Origin: Spirochaetia bacterium
Lineage (GTDB): Bacteria; Spirochaetota; Spirochaetia; SZUA-6; Bin103
DNA: 64,000 nt
NCBI GenBank assembly: GCA_965203055.1
Contig: OZ241863.1
Span: 3,840,001 to 3,904,000, forward strand
Direction of reading: 5' to 3'
Shown here: piece after piece, positions 49,587 through 59,745 of the stretch
Layout of the letters: every line of letters starts with the position of its first letter
Position numbering within the stretch: position 1 is the stretch's first letter
Translations under genes and position numbers: made by a program
The notes under the pieces: model-generated
Told to the model about the DNA's origin: nothing
The model's database searches: none
What the model saw: the letters and a program-made list of their open reading frames with translations, nothing else

Positions 49587-51341
49587 TCAGTCGGCAGCGG
49601 AGAAGTACATCACCACCGGGGTCGGGCTGACTTCGGTGACCAGCAGGGTAACCGGGTCCGGCTGGGCCGGGGTCAGGCGGATGCCGTTGGCGTCATACTC
49701 GGCCAGCACGGTGAGCTCCGCCGCCGGTTCGAACGCCGGCGCCGGACGCGCCGCGGCGGCCGCCGGCTCAGCCCGACCTGCCGCTTCGCCGGAGTCAGCG
49801 CCGACGCCTGGGCCACTGGCGAGCGGAGCGGCCGCGGGCGGCGGGTCGGCAGCCTCAGGCGGCGAGTCGGCGGCGCCGGGCGGGGCGGCTTCCGCAGGCG
49901 ACGGATCGGCAGGCGCGCCGGAGTCCGCGGCCCCCGGACCATCGGCGGGCGGAGCTTCCGCGGGCGGTGGGTCGGCAGCCTCAGGCGGCGAGTCGGCGGC
50001 GCCGGGCGGGGCGGCTTCCGCAGGCGGCGGATCGGCAGCGGCAGGCGGCGCGCCGGAGTCAGCGCCGGCGCCGGGGCCATTGGCGGGCGGAGCCGCGGGC
50101 GGCGGGCCGGCAGCTTCGGGCGGCGGGCCGGCGGCGCCGGGCGGGGCGAACAGAAAGGTGATCACCGCATCGTAGCGGCCGGCCAGTTCCTCGCCCGGCG
50201 CGTAGCGAAAGTCGATCCATCCGCTGCCCGGCAGCCCCGCCGGCACCAATCCGGGAACCAGCGCCTGGAAGCCACGCCAGCGGTAGCCGCGTTCCGGGTC
50301 CAGCTCGATGGTGCCGTAGCCGGTGCTGCGCCACACCGCGCCGCGCGCCAGCAGCCTGGCGTAGCGTTGGTCGCGGCGCGCCAGTTCCGCGGCGATCAGC
50401 TCGGTCACGTCGCTGCTCAGGGCGGTGAAGATCCGCGTGACCGTGCGCGCGCCTTCGGCGTAGGTAACGGCCAGCCGGGTGGCGCTCTGCAAGGTGAGCC
50501 GCAACCGACTGACCGTGTCCTCCAGCAGCAGCACGTAGCGCCCGTCGCCGACCCGCTCGATGCTCTCGTAGGCGAACTCGCGCGTTCCCGCCGCCGTGAC
50601 CAGCCGGAACACCTGCGCCGCGGGGTCGGGAAACAGGCCGTACTCGGCCCGAAACCGGTTCAGGTCATAGCGCCCGGTAACCACCATCGCGCGGAACTCG
50701 TCGGGCCGCCACACGGTCGCCAGCAGATGCTCCAGGGTAGCGTCCTCGGCCAGCAGGCGGGCCGCCTCGGCATGCGGATCGCCGCGCGACTCGAACACCG
50801 GCAGAAACTCGCCAAAGGTATAGCCGGTGGTGCCATCCGCGGCGAGCACCTCATACCAGTAGTTCTCGTACACGCCGACCTGCTCCGGCTGCGCGGAGCG
50901 CTCCAGCACCTTGGCCACCTCGCCGGCGCGCAGCTTGTAGACGATGTCGGCGGTGGCGGAGGCCGCGCTGCGCACCGGCAGGCCGTTGCGCGCGGCGTAA
51001 CCGTAGCTGGCGGCGAACGGAGCGTAGCGCGCGGCGAATGCGGCCGCCTGCTCCGGTTCCGGGAACACGCGCACCCGCCAGCGCGCCACCGGCACCGGTT
51101 CCGCGCCGCGCTCCGCGGCGCCGGGCCGGACCATATAGCGATTCTCGATGGAGGACTCTTCCAGCACCAGGATGACGGCGCCCGCGGGCAGCGCGCCGCC
51201 ATCGCTCCACAGCACGACGCCGTGGCCCAGCGGCGCCGGCCCGCAGGACGCCGCCAGCAACGCCAGGAGCGCGCCGCCGGCGGCTGCGGCGGCGCTCCTC
51301 CCGCCAAGCCAGGCCGCCGCGCCGAAGTGCGGCCCCATCAC
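49587..51341 (-). CDS. SH3-domain lipoprotein (spirochete-type) with Pro/Ala repeat insert
   Basis: LAASC lipobox; GLPVR..IVYKLR.GE..WYEVL..DGTTGY.FG. Confidence 0.75.
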   Translation of the reverse strand: MMGPHFGAAAWLGGRSAAAAAGGALLALLAASCGPAPLGHGVVLWSDGGALPAGAVILVLEESSIENRYMVRPGAAERGAEPVPVARWRVRVFPEPEQAAAFAARYAPFAASYGYAARNGLPVRSAASATADIVYKLRAGEVAKVLERSAQPEQVGVYENYWYEVLAADGTTGYTFGEFLPVFESRGDPHAEAARLLAEDATLEHLLATVWRPDEFRAMVVTGRYDLNRFRAEYGLFPDPAAQVFRLVTAAGTREFAYESIERVGDGRYVLLLEDTVSRLRLTLQSATRLAVTYAEGARTVTRIFTALSSDVTELIAAELARRDQRYARLLARGAVWRSTGYGTIELDPERGYRWRGFQALVPGLVPAGLPGSGWIDFRYAPGEELAGRYDAVITFLFAPPGAAGPPPEAAGPPPAAPPANGPGAGADSGAPPAAADPPPAEAAPPGAADSPPEAADPPPAEAPPADGPGAADSGAPADPSPAEAAPPGAADSPPEAADPPPAAAPLASGPGVGADSGEAAGRAEPAAAAARPAPAFEPAAELTVLAEYDANGIRLTPAQPDPVTLLVTEVSPTPVVMYFSAAD

Positions 51342-52654
51342 GCGCGCGCGGCGGCGCCGGGAGGCTCACCGCGGCGCGGCACCTGCAGGACCTGCCCGGG
51401 ATGCAGCACGCTGGTCGGGCGCAGTCCATTGGCGGAAGCGAGCGCCTCGACGGTGGTGCCGTGCGACCGCGCGATTCTCCACAGCGAGTCGCCGCGCGCA
51501 ACGCGGTAGTCGGCTTCGAACGGGCGGCTGTCGCGCGGCGCCGGCGCCGGAAACCGCACCGCGCCGGGATCGACGCCGCGCACCAGCGGAATGCGGAGCC
51601 CGGCGCCGACCCGCATGCGGCGTGGATGCACCCCGGCGTTGTAGTGGCGAATGAGGGCCACGCTCACGTTGAACGCCTCGGCCAGCTCGGACATGGTATC
51701 GCCGCTGCGGATGATGTGCCGGTGCAACCGCACCAGCTCGCCGGCGGGGTCCTCCAGCACCGCGAGCAGGCGGAGGTAGGCGTCCGCCGGCACCTTCAGC
51801 AGGTACGACTTGCTGCCGCGGACCGTGGGAGTCAGACCGTACATCAGTTCCGCGTTGGCCTGCTCCAGGAGATCGCCGGAGATGCCGCTGAGCTTGCCGA
51901 GCTGGCGCAGCTCCACCCCCGGCGGCACCGTGATCCGCTGCCAGCGCTGGAGCTGATCCAGCGCCGGCGTGTCGCCGGCAGGGTAGGTGCGCATCGCCAG
52001 CACCAAGCCGAAGAAGCGGGGCACGAAGTCGCTGGTCTCGCGCGGCAGCACTCCGCGGCGACGCAGCTCCCAGAAGTCGCGCGTGCCCGCCCGCTGCACG
52101 TCACGGCGCACGCGGCCCAACCCGGCGTTGTACGCCGCCAACGCCAGCTCCCAACTGCCCAGCTCGCGGTAGTTGACCTCCAGGATGCGCAACGCCACCT
52201 CGGTTGCCTTCCAGAAGTCGCGCCGCTCGTCGATCAGCTCATCCACCACCAGGCCGTGCAGCCGGGCGGTGCCGGTCATGAGCTGCCACAGGCCGACCGC
52301 CCCCGCCGGCGACCTGGCCACGCCTACGTAGGACGATTCGATCGCCGGCAGGAACACCAGCTCCGCCGGCAGCCCCCGCTCCTCCAGCTGCTCCAGCACG
52401 TGATCTGCGTAGAGGGCGGCCCGCCCCAGGATGCGCTGCATCCACGGCCGCCACCCGGCGCTGGAGTAGACGGCGGCATAGTGCCGCACGCGCTGCTGGT
52501 CGGGGACTTCGAGGGACACCGGTACCAGGTCCAGCAGGTGCTGGGCGGCGCCCGGCAGCGCCCCGCCGACCAGCAACGCCGCCACCGCGGCGGCGCACGC
52601 CCGGCCGGCGCCCCGCCGGCGCGGCCCACGGCAATATGAGGTATGCGCAGTCAT
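51338..52654 (-). CDS. mltD: MltD-like lytic transglycosylase with two LysM domains
   Basis: IESS, AVGLWQLM, LAAYNAG, PRET; LysM motifs GDTMSELA and GDSLWRIA. Confidence 0.85.
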   Translation of the reverse strand: MTAHTSYCRGPRRRGAGRACAAAVAALLVGGALPGAAQHLLDLVPVSLEVPDQQRVRHYAAVYSSAGWRPWMQRILGRAALYADHVLEQLEERGLPAELVFLPAIESSYVGVARSPAGAVGLWQLMTGTARLHGLVVDELIDERRDFWKATEVALRILEVNYRELGSWELALAAYNAGLGRVRRDVQRAGTRDFWELRRRGVLPRETSDFVPRFFGLVLAMRTYPAGDTPALDQLQRWQRITVPPGVELRQLGKLSGISGDLLEQANAELMYGLTPTVRGSKSYLLKVPADAYLRLLAVLEDPAGELVRLHRHIIRSGDTMSELAEAFNVSVALIRHYNAGVHPRRMRVGAGLRIPLVRGVDPGAVRFPAPAPRDSRPFEADYRVARGDSLWRIARSHGTTVEALASANGLRPTSVLHPGQVLQVPRRGEPPGAAARA

Positions 52655-53697
52655 AATTTCTCGCCCAAGAATATGCCGGCCCACTCCCAGCGGCCATCTA
52701 TTTCGGGATCGGCCTTGAAATCGATACGCCGAAAGTAGAGGTACCAGGTCCGGACCCGGTGCGACCAACCGGTGGTGCGGAGAAACGCCTCGTTGGCGTT
52801 GGAGTCCGGGTCCAACTCGGCGTCGAACCGAACCCGCGCCAGGGCGAACGCGGCCAGATCGAAGACCTGCGCCGCGCTCTCGTCGGCCACCTGCTGCTCC
52901 CACGACATAGTGAAGAAGCCGGACTTGGAGCGCAACCGGTTCAGCGCGCGCAGGTCGCGGGCGCCGATGGCGCGCTTGATCTCCCCTACCAGGGAGTCGA
53001 GGTCCTCCATCACCCAACTCTTGTCGGAGAAGTGGAAGTTGACCTTGTCGAGGATCTCGCGGTGCACGTTGGGGAACCCGGGGATGGCCGTCGCGTGCTG
53101 CAGGTATACCCGGTAGGCGCCCACCGCCTGCTCCCACTCGCCGAGCGCCTCGTAGGCGCGGGCCAGGTAGAAGTGGCTGCGCCCCGGATCGATGGCGCCG
53201 CGAAACCGGTCGATCAGCTCCTCGTACAGCTCCGCCAGCCGGCGCGGATCGCGTTCCAGGGCGATCAACTCGCTGAGGGACGCCAAGTGGATCGAGCGCC
53301 CCGCGACGAGCGCGTCGGGATAGTCGAGCGCGCGCTCGTAGTAGTGAACCGCCTGCGGCGCCGCCTCCAGCTCCCGATACCCCTCCGCCGCCGCCATCAG
53401 GTAGACGGCGTTGTAGACATCCGCCGGGTGCTGCTCCACGTAGGTGGTAAGGAACAGCAGCGCGCGCCGCGGCGCGCCGGCGGCGCGCAGCACCTTGGAG
53501 ATCTCCTGCACGATCACGAACCGCTGTTCCGCGCCGCCGGTCTCCCTGTCCAGCAACGCCAGCAGCTCGACGAGCTGGCGGTCGTACTCGCGATTCCCGA
53601 CCCGATACTCGGGATGGTCGGCGCTGCAGCCGAACAGCAGCGCGGCGACCGCCAGCAGCCCGCCCGCCGCGGCGCCCGGCCGCCGCCCCTGCCTCAT
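52651..53697 (-). CDS. TPR-containing lipoprotein
   Basis: LLFGC lipobox, TPR helices, C-terminal WEWAGIFLGEKL. Confidence 0.75.
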   Translation of the reverse strand: MRQGRRPGAAAGGLLAVAALLFGCSADHPEYRVGNREYDRQLVELLALLDRETGGAEQRFVIVQEISKVLRAAGAPRRALLFLTTYVEQHPADVYNAVYLMAAAEGYRELEAAPQAVHYYERALDYPDALVAGRSIHLASLSELIALERDPRRLAELYEELIDRFRGAIDPGRSHFYLARAYEALGEWEQAVGAYRVYLQHATAIPGFPNVHREILDKVNFHFSDKSWVMEDLDSLVGEIKRAIGARDLRALNRLRSKSGFFTMSWEQQVADESAAQVFDLAAFALARVRFDAELDPDSNANEAFLRTTGWSHRVRTWYLYFRRIDFKADPEIDGRWEWAGIFLGEKL

Positions 53698-53745
53698 GCC
53701 GCGGCGCGCGGCGCGGCCCGGCGCGCCGGGAGCCCCGGGCGCGCG

Positions 53746-54345
53746 CTAGAACGCAATCGCCAGATCGAGACCGAAACCGAGCTGGAACCCGCTTACGACC
53801 GGACGTATGCCGTTCTCCAGCACGCTCCCTTGAGCGTCGTCGTCAAGCGGTTCGAGGTCGGCGAACGGCATGCGGTACACCATGCTGCCGCGCGGCGTCA
53901 CCGCGACCGGCCCCCACACGAACTGGTAGCCGATCTGGGTGACGACCGCGAGCCGGAACCCGGGCGCCTCGGTCTTGTCGTGGTCTTGGAGGAACAGGTA
54001 GCCGGGAGCCAGTCCCAGGCCGGCGAAGAATCCCCGGGGAGCGTCGTTCTGCGGGTAATAGTTGGCGCCAAGGTCGGCGTAGAGTTCCCAGTAGGTCCAC
54101 GTGTCCGGCACCAGCGCGCGCTCGTCCCGCCATATCAGGCTCCAGGCGGGGGAGTAGAACACGGGGCGCACGAAGATGCCCAGATCGTTCCGCACCAACT
54201 GCTGGAACGACGCGCTGTAGACCCCGAACAGCGGGGCGGCGGCGTCGACGCCGATCAAGGTGTCGCGCTCGTGGGTCTCGGCGAAGGCCGGGCCGGCCCC
54301 CAGCAGCGCCACCGCCAGAGCGCTGCGTAGAATTAGTCGTCGCAT
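53746..54345 (-). CDS. putative small outer-membrane beta-barrel protein
   Basis: Signal peptide (AFA), amphipathic beta strands, terminal Phe (LDLAIAF). Confidence 0.6.
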   Translation of the reverse strand: MRRLILRSALAVALLGAGPAFAETHERDTLIGVDAAAPLFGVYSASFQQLVRNDLGIFVRPVFYSPAWSLIWRDERALVPDTWTYWELYADLGANYYPQNDAPRGFFAGLGLAPGYLFLQDHDKTEAPGFRLAVVTQIGYQFVWGPVAVTPRGSMVYRMPFADLEPLDDDAQGSVLENGIRPVVSGFQLGFGLDLAIAF

Positions 54346-54436
54346 GGGCCGAATCTTCGCCAGCGGGTATCGCCTCGTCAAGCCGAGCGGGTGGCCGCCG
54401 TGGCCGCCGGCCACGGCCGGCCGCGGCCCGGGCGGT

Positions 54437-55513
54437 TCAGTCCAGCCGCCAGGCCACGCCGTACTTGGCGGCGGCGGTTCTGAACCAGTCGATCACCTCC
54501 GGATGGTAGGGAATGCCATGGGCGCGCCGGTCGGCCTCGGTGCGGGCTTCGGGATAGCCGGAGTAGAGCACCGGACCGGCGCCGGGAACGGCGGGACACT
54601 CCAGCAGATCGGTGAGGTACTGATCCAGATCGGCCATGAACTCCTGCGGCTCCGAGAAGCAGGCAATGTCGTACGCCAGGAAGTGATGCACCGAGCCGGC
54701 CCGCCGCCGGGGACCCGCGCCGGAGGCGCACAGCACGCTGGTGATGATCTCGCCGATCACCGACAGCGCGTAGCCCTTCTGCGAGCCGCCCTCGCGCGTC
54801 GAGCCGAGGGGCAACATCAGGTACTTCTCCGGTATCGGCGCTTCGTCCATGATCGGATTGCCGTGCTGGTCGGTGATCCACCCGGGCAGCACCGTCTGCC
54901 CCAGCCGCTTCGCCAGGGTGAGCTTGTTGCCGGCCACCACGCTCGGAGAGGCATCGTACACGAAGGGCGGATTGCGCTGCGCCGGCGCCGCGAACGCCAT
55001 CGCGTTGAGCCCGAGCAGCGGCCTGGTGCCGTAGGTCGGCACCATCGCCACCCCGCCGGTGGTGGTGGCCTGCCCCAGCATGCGGTGCGGCAGCGCCATC
55101 TGGGCGTAGTAGGAACAGGGGCCGAGATGGCGGCAGTTCATGACCGAAACCGAGCCGATGCCGAACTCGGCGGCGCGTCTGATCGCCTCGTTCATCGCCG
55201 CCGGCGAGACCACCATGCCGTGGCCGCCGTCGCCGTCGATCACGCAGGTCGCCTTGTGATCGCGCGCCAAGCGCCAGCTCGGCGCGGGATTGATGGCGCC
55301 GCCGTCGAGCCCCTGGAGGTAGGAACGGAGCATGTTGCTGACGCCGTGGGTGTCGATGCCGCGCAGGTCGGCGTACAGCAGCACGTCGGCCGTCTGGCGG
55401 GCGTCAGCCTCCGGCATGCCGGCCGCCTGCAGCAGCCGCTCGGTGGTCCAGCGCACGTCCTCGGCCGCGACCCGGACCGCGATCTCGTTGGGAACCTGGA
55501 ACTTCTTCAGCAC
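54437..55513 (-). CDS. Ldh2/malate-lactate-ureidoglycolate dehydrogenase family oxidoreductase
   Basis: [27 protein letters not shown]; start GTG 55513 or ATG 55525. Confidence 0.9.
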   Translation of the reverse strand: MLKKFQVPNEIAVRVAAEDVRWTTERLLQAAGMPEADARQTADVLLYADLRGIDTHGVSNMLRSYLQGLDGGAINPAPSWRLARDHKATCVIDGDGGHGMVVSPAAMNEAIRRAAEFGIGSVSVMNCRHLGPCSYYAQMALPHRMLGQATTTGGVAMVPTYGTRPLLGLNAMAFAAPAQRNPPFVYDASPSVVAGNKLTLAKRLGQTVLPGWITDQHGNPIMDEAPIPEKYLMLPLGSTREGGSQKGYALSVIGEIITSVLCASGAGPRRRAGSVHHFLAYDIACFSEPQEFMADLDQYLTDLLECPAVPGAGPVLYSGYPEARTEADRRAHGIPYHPEVIDWFRTAAAKYGVAWRLD

Positions 55514-55628
55514 CTCGGCCGGCATCGTAGCACATGGAGCAGCGACCGTGCCGGCGGTCAACTGCAGGCCGCGGCAGGCCGCGCCGGCCGACCTGCGCCG
55601 ATCCGATTCGCGCGGGCGGTTCGGGCGG

Positions 55629-55657
55629 TTGAGCAGCGGCGGACGGGCGGCTACACT
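55629..55657 (+). promoter_or_regulatory. putative sigma70 promoter of icd
   Basis: TTGAGC-17 bp-TACACT. Confidence 0.5.
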
Positions 55658-55706
55658 CCGGGCCAGCGTGGCGCGCCGGACGGCGGGCGCCAACGGGAGG
55701 ACGCGC

Positions 55707-56948
55707 GTGGGCCAATCCATTACCATGACCGGCGCGGGGCTGCAGGTCCCCGACCGACCCCTCATCCCCTTCATCGAAGGAGACGGCACCGGGCCCGATA
55801 TCTGGGCCGCGGCGGTGCGCGTGTTCGACGCCGCGGTAGCGCAGGCCTACGGCGCCCGGCGCAGCGTGGAGTGGATGGAGGTGCTGGCCGGCCAAAAGGC
55901 GTTCGACCGCACCGGGAGCTGGCTGCCGGAGGCCACCGAAACGGCGTTCCGCGACCATCTGGTGGGCATCAAGGGGCCGCTCACCACGCCGGTAGGCGGC
56001 GGCATCCGCAGTCTCAACGTGGCCCTGCGCCAGCGCCTCGATCTGTACGTATGCCTGCGCCCGGTAAAGTACTACCCCGGGGTCCCGTCGCCGGTGCGGG
56101 CGCCGGAGCGGGTCGACATGGTGGTGTTCCGGGAGAACACCGAAGACGTCTACGCCGGCTTCGAGGCCGCGGCCGGCAGCGCCGAGGCGCGCAAGCTGCT
56201 GGATTTCCTGCGCGAGGAACTGGGCTGGTCGCTGCGCGCCGATTCCGGCATCGGCATCAAGCCGATCAGTCGGACCGGCACCGAGCGCCTGGTACGGGCG
56301 GCAGTCGAGTACGCCATCGCCAACGGCCGCCGCAGCGTGACCCTGGTCCACAAGGGCAACATCCAGAAGTTCACCGAGGGCGCCTTCCGCGAATGGGGCT
56401 ACCAGACGGCGGCCGAGCATTACCCGGAGCAGACGGTAGCCTGGGAGGCGGTGGACGGCGAGGTCCCGCCGGGGAAGATCGTGATCAAGGACACCATCGC
56501 CGACATCTTCCTGCAGCAGGTGCTGACCCGGCCGGCGGAGTTCGACGTGGTGGCCACGATGAACCTGAACGGCGATTACATCTCCGACGCGCTGGCCGCG
56601 CAGGTGGGCGGCATCGGCATCGCTCCCGGCGCCAACGTCAACTATCGGAGCGGCCACGCCATCTTCGAGGCGACCCACGGCACCGCGCCCAAGTACGCCG
56701 GCAAGAACGTGATCAACCCGTCGTCGGTGATCCTGTCCGGGGTGATGCTGTTCGAGTACCTCGGCTGGACCGAGGCGGCGCGGCTGATCGACCGGGCCCT
56801 GACGCGCACCATCGGCGAGCGCTGCGTTACCTACGACTTTGCCCGGCTCATGGAGGGCGCGACCCAGGTTACCACCAGCGCGTTCGCCGACCGCATCATC
56901 GCCCACTTGCGCGCGCAGCCGGCCGCCGCCGGCGCGCGGGCCGGTTAG
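55707..56948 (+). CDS. icd: NADP-dependent isocitrate dehydrogenase (E. coli-type)
   Basis: [47 protein letters not shown]. Confidence 0.96.
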   Translation: MGQSITMTGAGLQVPDRPLIPFIEGDGTGPDIWAAAVRVFDAAVAQAYGARRSVEWMEVLAGQKAFDRTGSWLPEATETAFRDHLVGIKGPLTTPVGGGIRSLNVALRQRLDLYVCLRPVKYYPGVPSPVRAPERVDMVVFRENTEDVYAGFEAAAGSAEARKLLDFLREELGWSLRADSGIGIKPISRTGTERLVRAAVEYAIANGRRSVTLVHKGNIQKFTEGAFREWGYQTAAEHYPEQTVAWEAVDGEVPPGKIVIKDTIADIFLQQVLTRPAEFDVVATMNLNGDYISDALAAQVGGIGIAPGANVNYRSGHAIFEATHGTAPKYAGKNVINPSSVILSGVMLFEYLGWTEAARLIDRALTRTIGERCVTYDFARLMEGATQVTTSAFADRIIAHLRAQPAAAGARAG

Positions 56949-57010
56949 GGCGGCCGCGCCGCACCGGCCCGGCGATCACGCTCCAACCCGTTTCCCGCGA
57001 GGACTCGATA

Positions 57011-59203
57011 TTGTCAATCTACGGCGTCAGCGGCCCGCACCGGCGCACCGGGGCCGCCTCTACAGTAAAGCCCGCCGCCGGGCGGGAGGGCCGCGCGCGG
57101 CGCGCCCGCAGCCGGCCGCCCGCAGCCCGCCGCCGCTGGCGGTGGCAGTGGCGATGGTGGGCGCTGCTCCTGGCGTGCGGCGCGGCCGCGCCGCTGCCGG
57201 CGCGCGACGCGGCGAGCGAGATTGCGGCCGGCTTCGAGCAGGTGGTGGCGGCCGGCGAATACCGCTACGCCCGCAGCCGCCGCGCCGGGGTGTTCCTGTC
57301 CCTGGACGGAGGGCGCACCTGGCAGCCGCGCAGCGCCGGCCTCCCGCACCGGGTAGTGCACCCGTTCCCGCAGCCGCCGGAGTACCGCTACATCACCTCC
57401 CTCGGCGTCGATCCGAGCGATCCGTTGCGGGTGGCGGCCACCACCGCGCGCAGCCTGCACCTGAGCGAGGACGGCGGCGCGTCATGGCAGGCGATACCGG
57501 TCAGGGAACCGGTGCGCGGCGTCGCCTACTTCACCAGCGTGGCGCCGTCGCCGCATCAGCCCGACGCCCTGCTGCTCGGCACCTCGTTCAACGGTCTCTA
57601 CGAAACCACCGACCGGGGCGCGACCTGGCACTACCTCCCGGCGGCGAGCCGGGCTCTGATCCAGGACACGCGCTACCTCGAAGAGGCCGCGGCGCTCAGC
57701 TACGACCCCGGCGCCGCGGACGCGGTCGCGATGCTGGCCGGCTTCGACGGCGGCGTGTACTACCATCCTGATCGGCGCGCCCCCACCGAAGGGGCGGGCG
57801 CCGGCGGCTGGCAGCGCTACCCGGTGCCGGCCGCGGCCACCACCCACCTGAGCTTCGTGCGGCGCGGCGCGGCGTGGGCCCTGGAGGCCGACGCCGGCCG
57901 GTCCCGCTGGCGGCTCACCGAGGCCGGTGCCTGGGTTCCGGTGGCGCGCGCCACGCCCGCGTCGGCGAGCCCGCGGCCGCGGCAGAGCGCGCCGCCGGGC
58001 GCGGCGCGGGCGGCGGGCATACCGATGGCGCCGCCTCCGGCCGCCGTCCGGCCGCTGCCGGAACCGGAACCGGCGCGCGCCGCCGCGGAGCTCCACCCGC
58101 GGGCGCGGGCGGCGCAGCGCAACGGCATCTACCTGAGCGCCGGCAGCGCCGCGGCGCGGCTGCCGGAATTCCTGGAGTTTCTCCGGCACCACGGCCTCAA
58201 CTCGTTCGTGGTCGACCTGAAGGACGACAGCGGCTATCTCACCTACGATTCGGCCGTACCGCTGGCGCATGAGATGGGCGCCGTCCGCGCCTCGATCGAG
58301 CTGGACGAACTGGTCGCGCAGGCGCACGCCGCCGGCATCTACGTGATCGCCCGGCTGGTGGTGTTCAAGGATTCGTTCCTCTACCGCTGGCAGGATCATC
58401 GCCTGGCGATATGGGACCGGGAGCAGGACGCTCCCTGGCGCAATCTCATCCCCGTCGCCGGCGGCGGGGATGCCGGCAGCGCGGAAGCCGGCGCCGGGGA
58501 GGCGGCGGACGCTTCGGAGGCGGACGCCGGGGAGACGGGCGCCGGGACGGCGCGCTTCGAACAGCGTGAGTTCTGGGTGGACCCGTTCGCCGCCGAGGCC
58601 TGGGAGTACAACGTCGCGGTGGCCGCGGAGCTGGCCGCGCGCGGCGTGGACGAGATTCAGTTCGACTACATTCGCTTCCCATCGGACGGCCCGGTGGAGC
58701 GCGCCGGCTACCGCCACCGCCGGCCCGGGATGACCCGGATCGACGCGATCGAGTCGTTCCTGGCGCTGGCCCGGGAACAGGTCCGGGTGCCGATCAGCAC
58801 CGACCTGTTCGGGTTCAATTCCTGGTACCGGAGCGGCAACTGGATCGGTCAGAACATCGACGTGCTCTCCGAGTACGTGGACGTAATCAGCCCGATGTAC
58901 TACCCCTCCCACTTTCCGGACCACTTCCTGAGCGACCGCAGCTACCTGGATCGCGCCTACGTCATCTACGAGCGGGGGGTGCGCCGGGCGCGCCGCCTGG
59001 CGCGCGGGCGGAGCTTCATCCGCCCCTACGTGCAAGCCTTCCTCATCGGCGGCGAGCTGAACATGGACGAGGAGGAGTACGGCCGCTACCTGACGCTCCA
59101 GCTCGAGGGCACCCGCACCGCCGGCGCGGCCGGCTTCACCCTGTGGAACGCTTCGAACCGGTACTATATGGTCACCGAGCCGTTGCGGCCCTACCTGAGG
59201 TAA
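57011..59203 (+). CDS. BNR/beta-propeller domain fused to a putative glycoside hydrolase (DUF4015-like)
   Basis: SLDGGRTW, SEDGGASW, TTDRGATW Asp-boxes; VDLKDD, ARLVVFKD, DEIQFDYIRFP, PMYYPSH; start uncertain. Confidence 0.8.
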   Translation: MSIYGVSGPHRRTGAASTVKPAAGREGRARRARSRPPAARRRWRWQWRWWALLLACGAAAPLPARDAASEIAAGFEQVVAAGEYRYARSRRAGVFLSLDGGRTWQPRSAGLPHRVVHPFPQPPEYRYITSLGVDPSDPLRVAATTARSLHLSEDGGASWQAIPVREPVRGVAYFTSVAPSPHQPDALLLGTSFNGLYETTDRGATWHYLPAASRALIQDTRYLEEAAALSYDPGAADAVAMLAGFDGGVYYHPDRRAPTEGAGAGGWQRYPVPAAATTHLSFVRRGAAWALEADAGRSRWRLTEAGAWVPVARATPASASPRPRQSAPPGAARAAGIPMAPPPAAVRPLPEPEPARAAAELHPRARAAQRNGIYLSAGSAAARLPEFLEFLRHHGLNSFVVDLKDDSGYLTYDSAVPLAHEMGAVRASIELDELVAQAHAAGIYVIARLVVFKDSFLYRWQDHRLAIWDREQDAPWRNLIPVAGGGDAGSAEAGAGEAADASEADAGETGAGTARFEQREFWVDPFAAEAWEYNVAVAAELAARGVDEIQFDYIRFPSDGPVERAGYRHRRPGMTRIDAIESFLALAREQVRVPISTDLFGFNSWYRSGNWIGQNIDVLSEYVDVISPMYYPSHFPDHFLSDRSYLDRAYVIYERGVRRARRLARGRSFIRPYVQAFLIGGELNMDEEEYGRYLTLQLEGTRTAGAAGFTLWNASNRYYMVTEPLRPYLR

Positions 59204-59223
59204 CCGAGGAGAGGAGATTTGGG

Positions 59224-59682
59224 ATGAGAGTGCGCATGGTTCCGGCGCCGGCGCGCGCCGCGGCGCTCCTGCTCGGCGCCGCGCTGCTGGCGAGCTGCGT
59301 CACCGAAGTGCCCGAGGTGGCCGCGGACCTTACCCCCGCGGAGTACTTCCAGCGGGCCCAGGAAGCGACGGCGCGGCAGGCGTACCAGCTCGCCCTGCGC
59401 TGGTACGCCGCGTTCCGCCAGCGGTACGCCGACGATCCGTCGGCGGAGCAGACCGCGCGCCTGCTCTGGGCCGAGTACGAAACCGCGTTCCTCTACCACA
59501 AGATGGACGACGACGAGACCGCGCTGCGCCTGCTGCGCCAACTGGTGCGCCGCTACGAACTGCCGGCCGCAGCCGATTACCCGCCCGGCCCCCGCATCCT
59601 GGCGCAGCGCGTCATTCGCGAGCTCGACCCGGCCGCCGCCGACGCGGGCGCGGAGGCGGCCCCCGAAGCGCAGCTCCCCTAG
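59224..59682 (+). CDS. TPR/BamD-like lipoprotein
   Basis: GGAGG RBS, LASC lipobox, EYFQRAQEA..WAEYE. Confidence 0.7.
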   Translation: MRVRMVPAPARAAALLLGAALLASCVTEVPEVAADLTPAEYFQRAQEATARQAYQLALRWYAAFRQRYADDPSAEQTARLLWAEYETAFLYHKMDDDETALRLLRQLVRRYELPAAADYPPGPRILAQRVIRELDPAAADAGAEAAPEAQLP

Positions 59683-59745
59683 CCTGGCCGCCCGGACCTG
59701 AGCGCGCGCAAAAGCGGCGGCGACGAGGCGCCGTTGAATGAAGGC

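Noticed and set aside
54260..59203. 1647-aa ORF as one protein
   Set aside because: Only the part from about 57011 is protein-like; the rest overlaps the Ldh2 gene and icd in other frames
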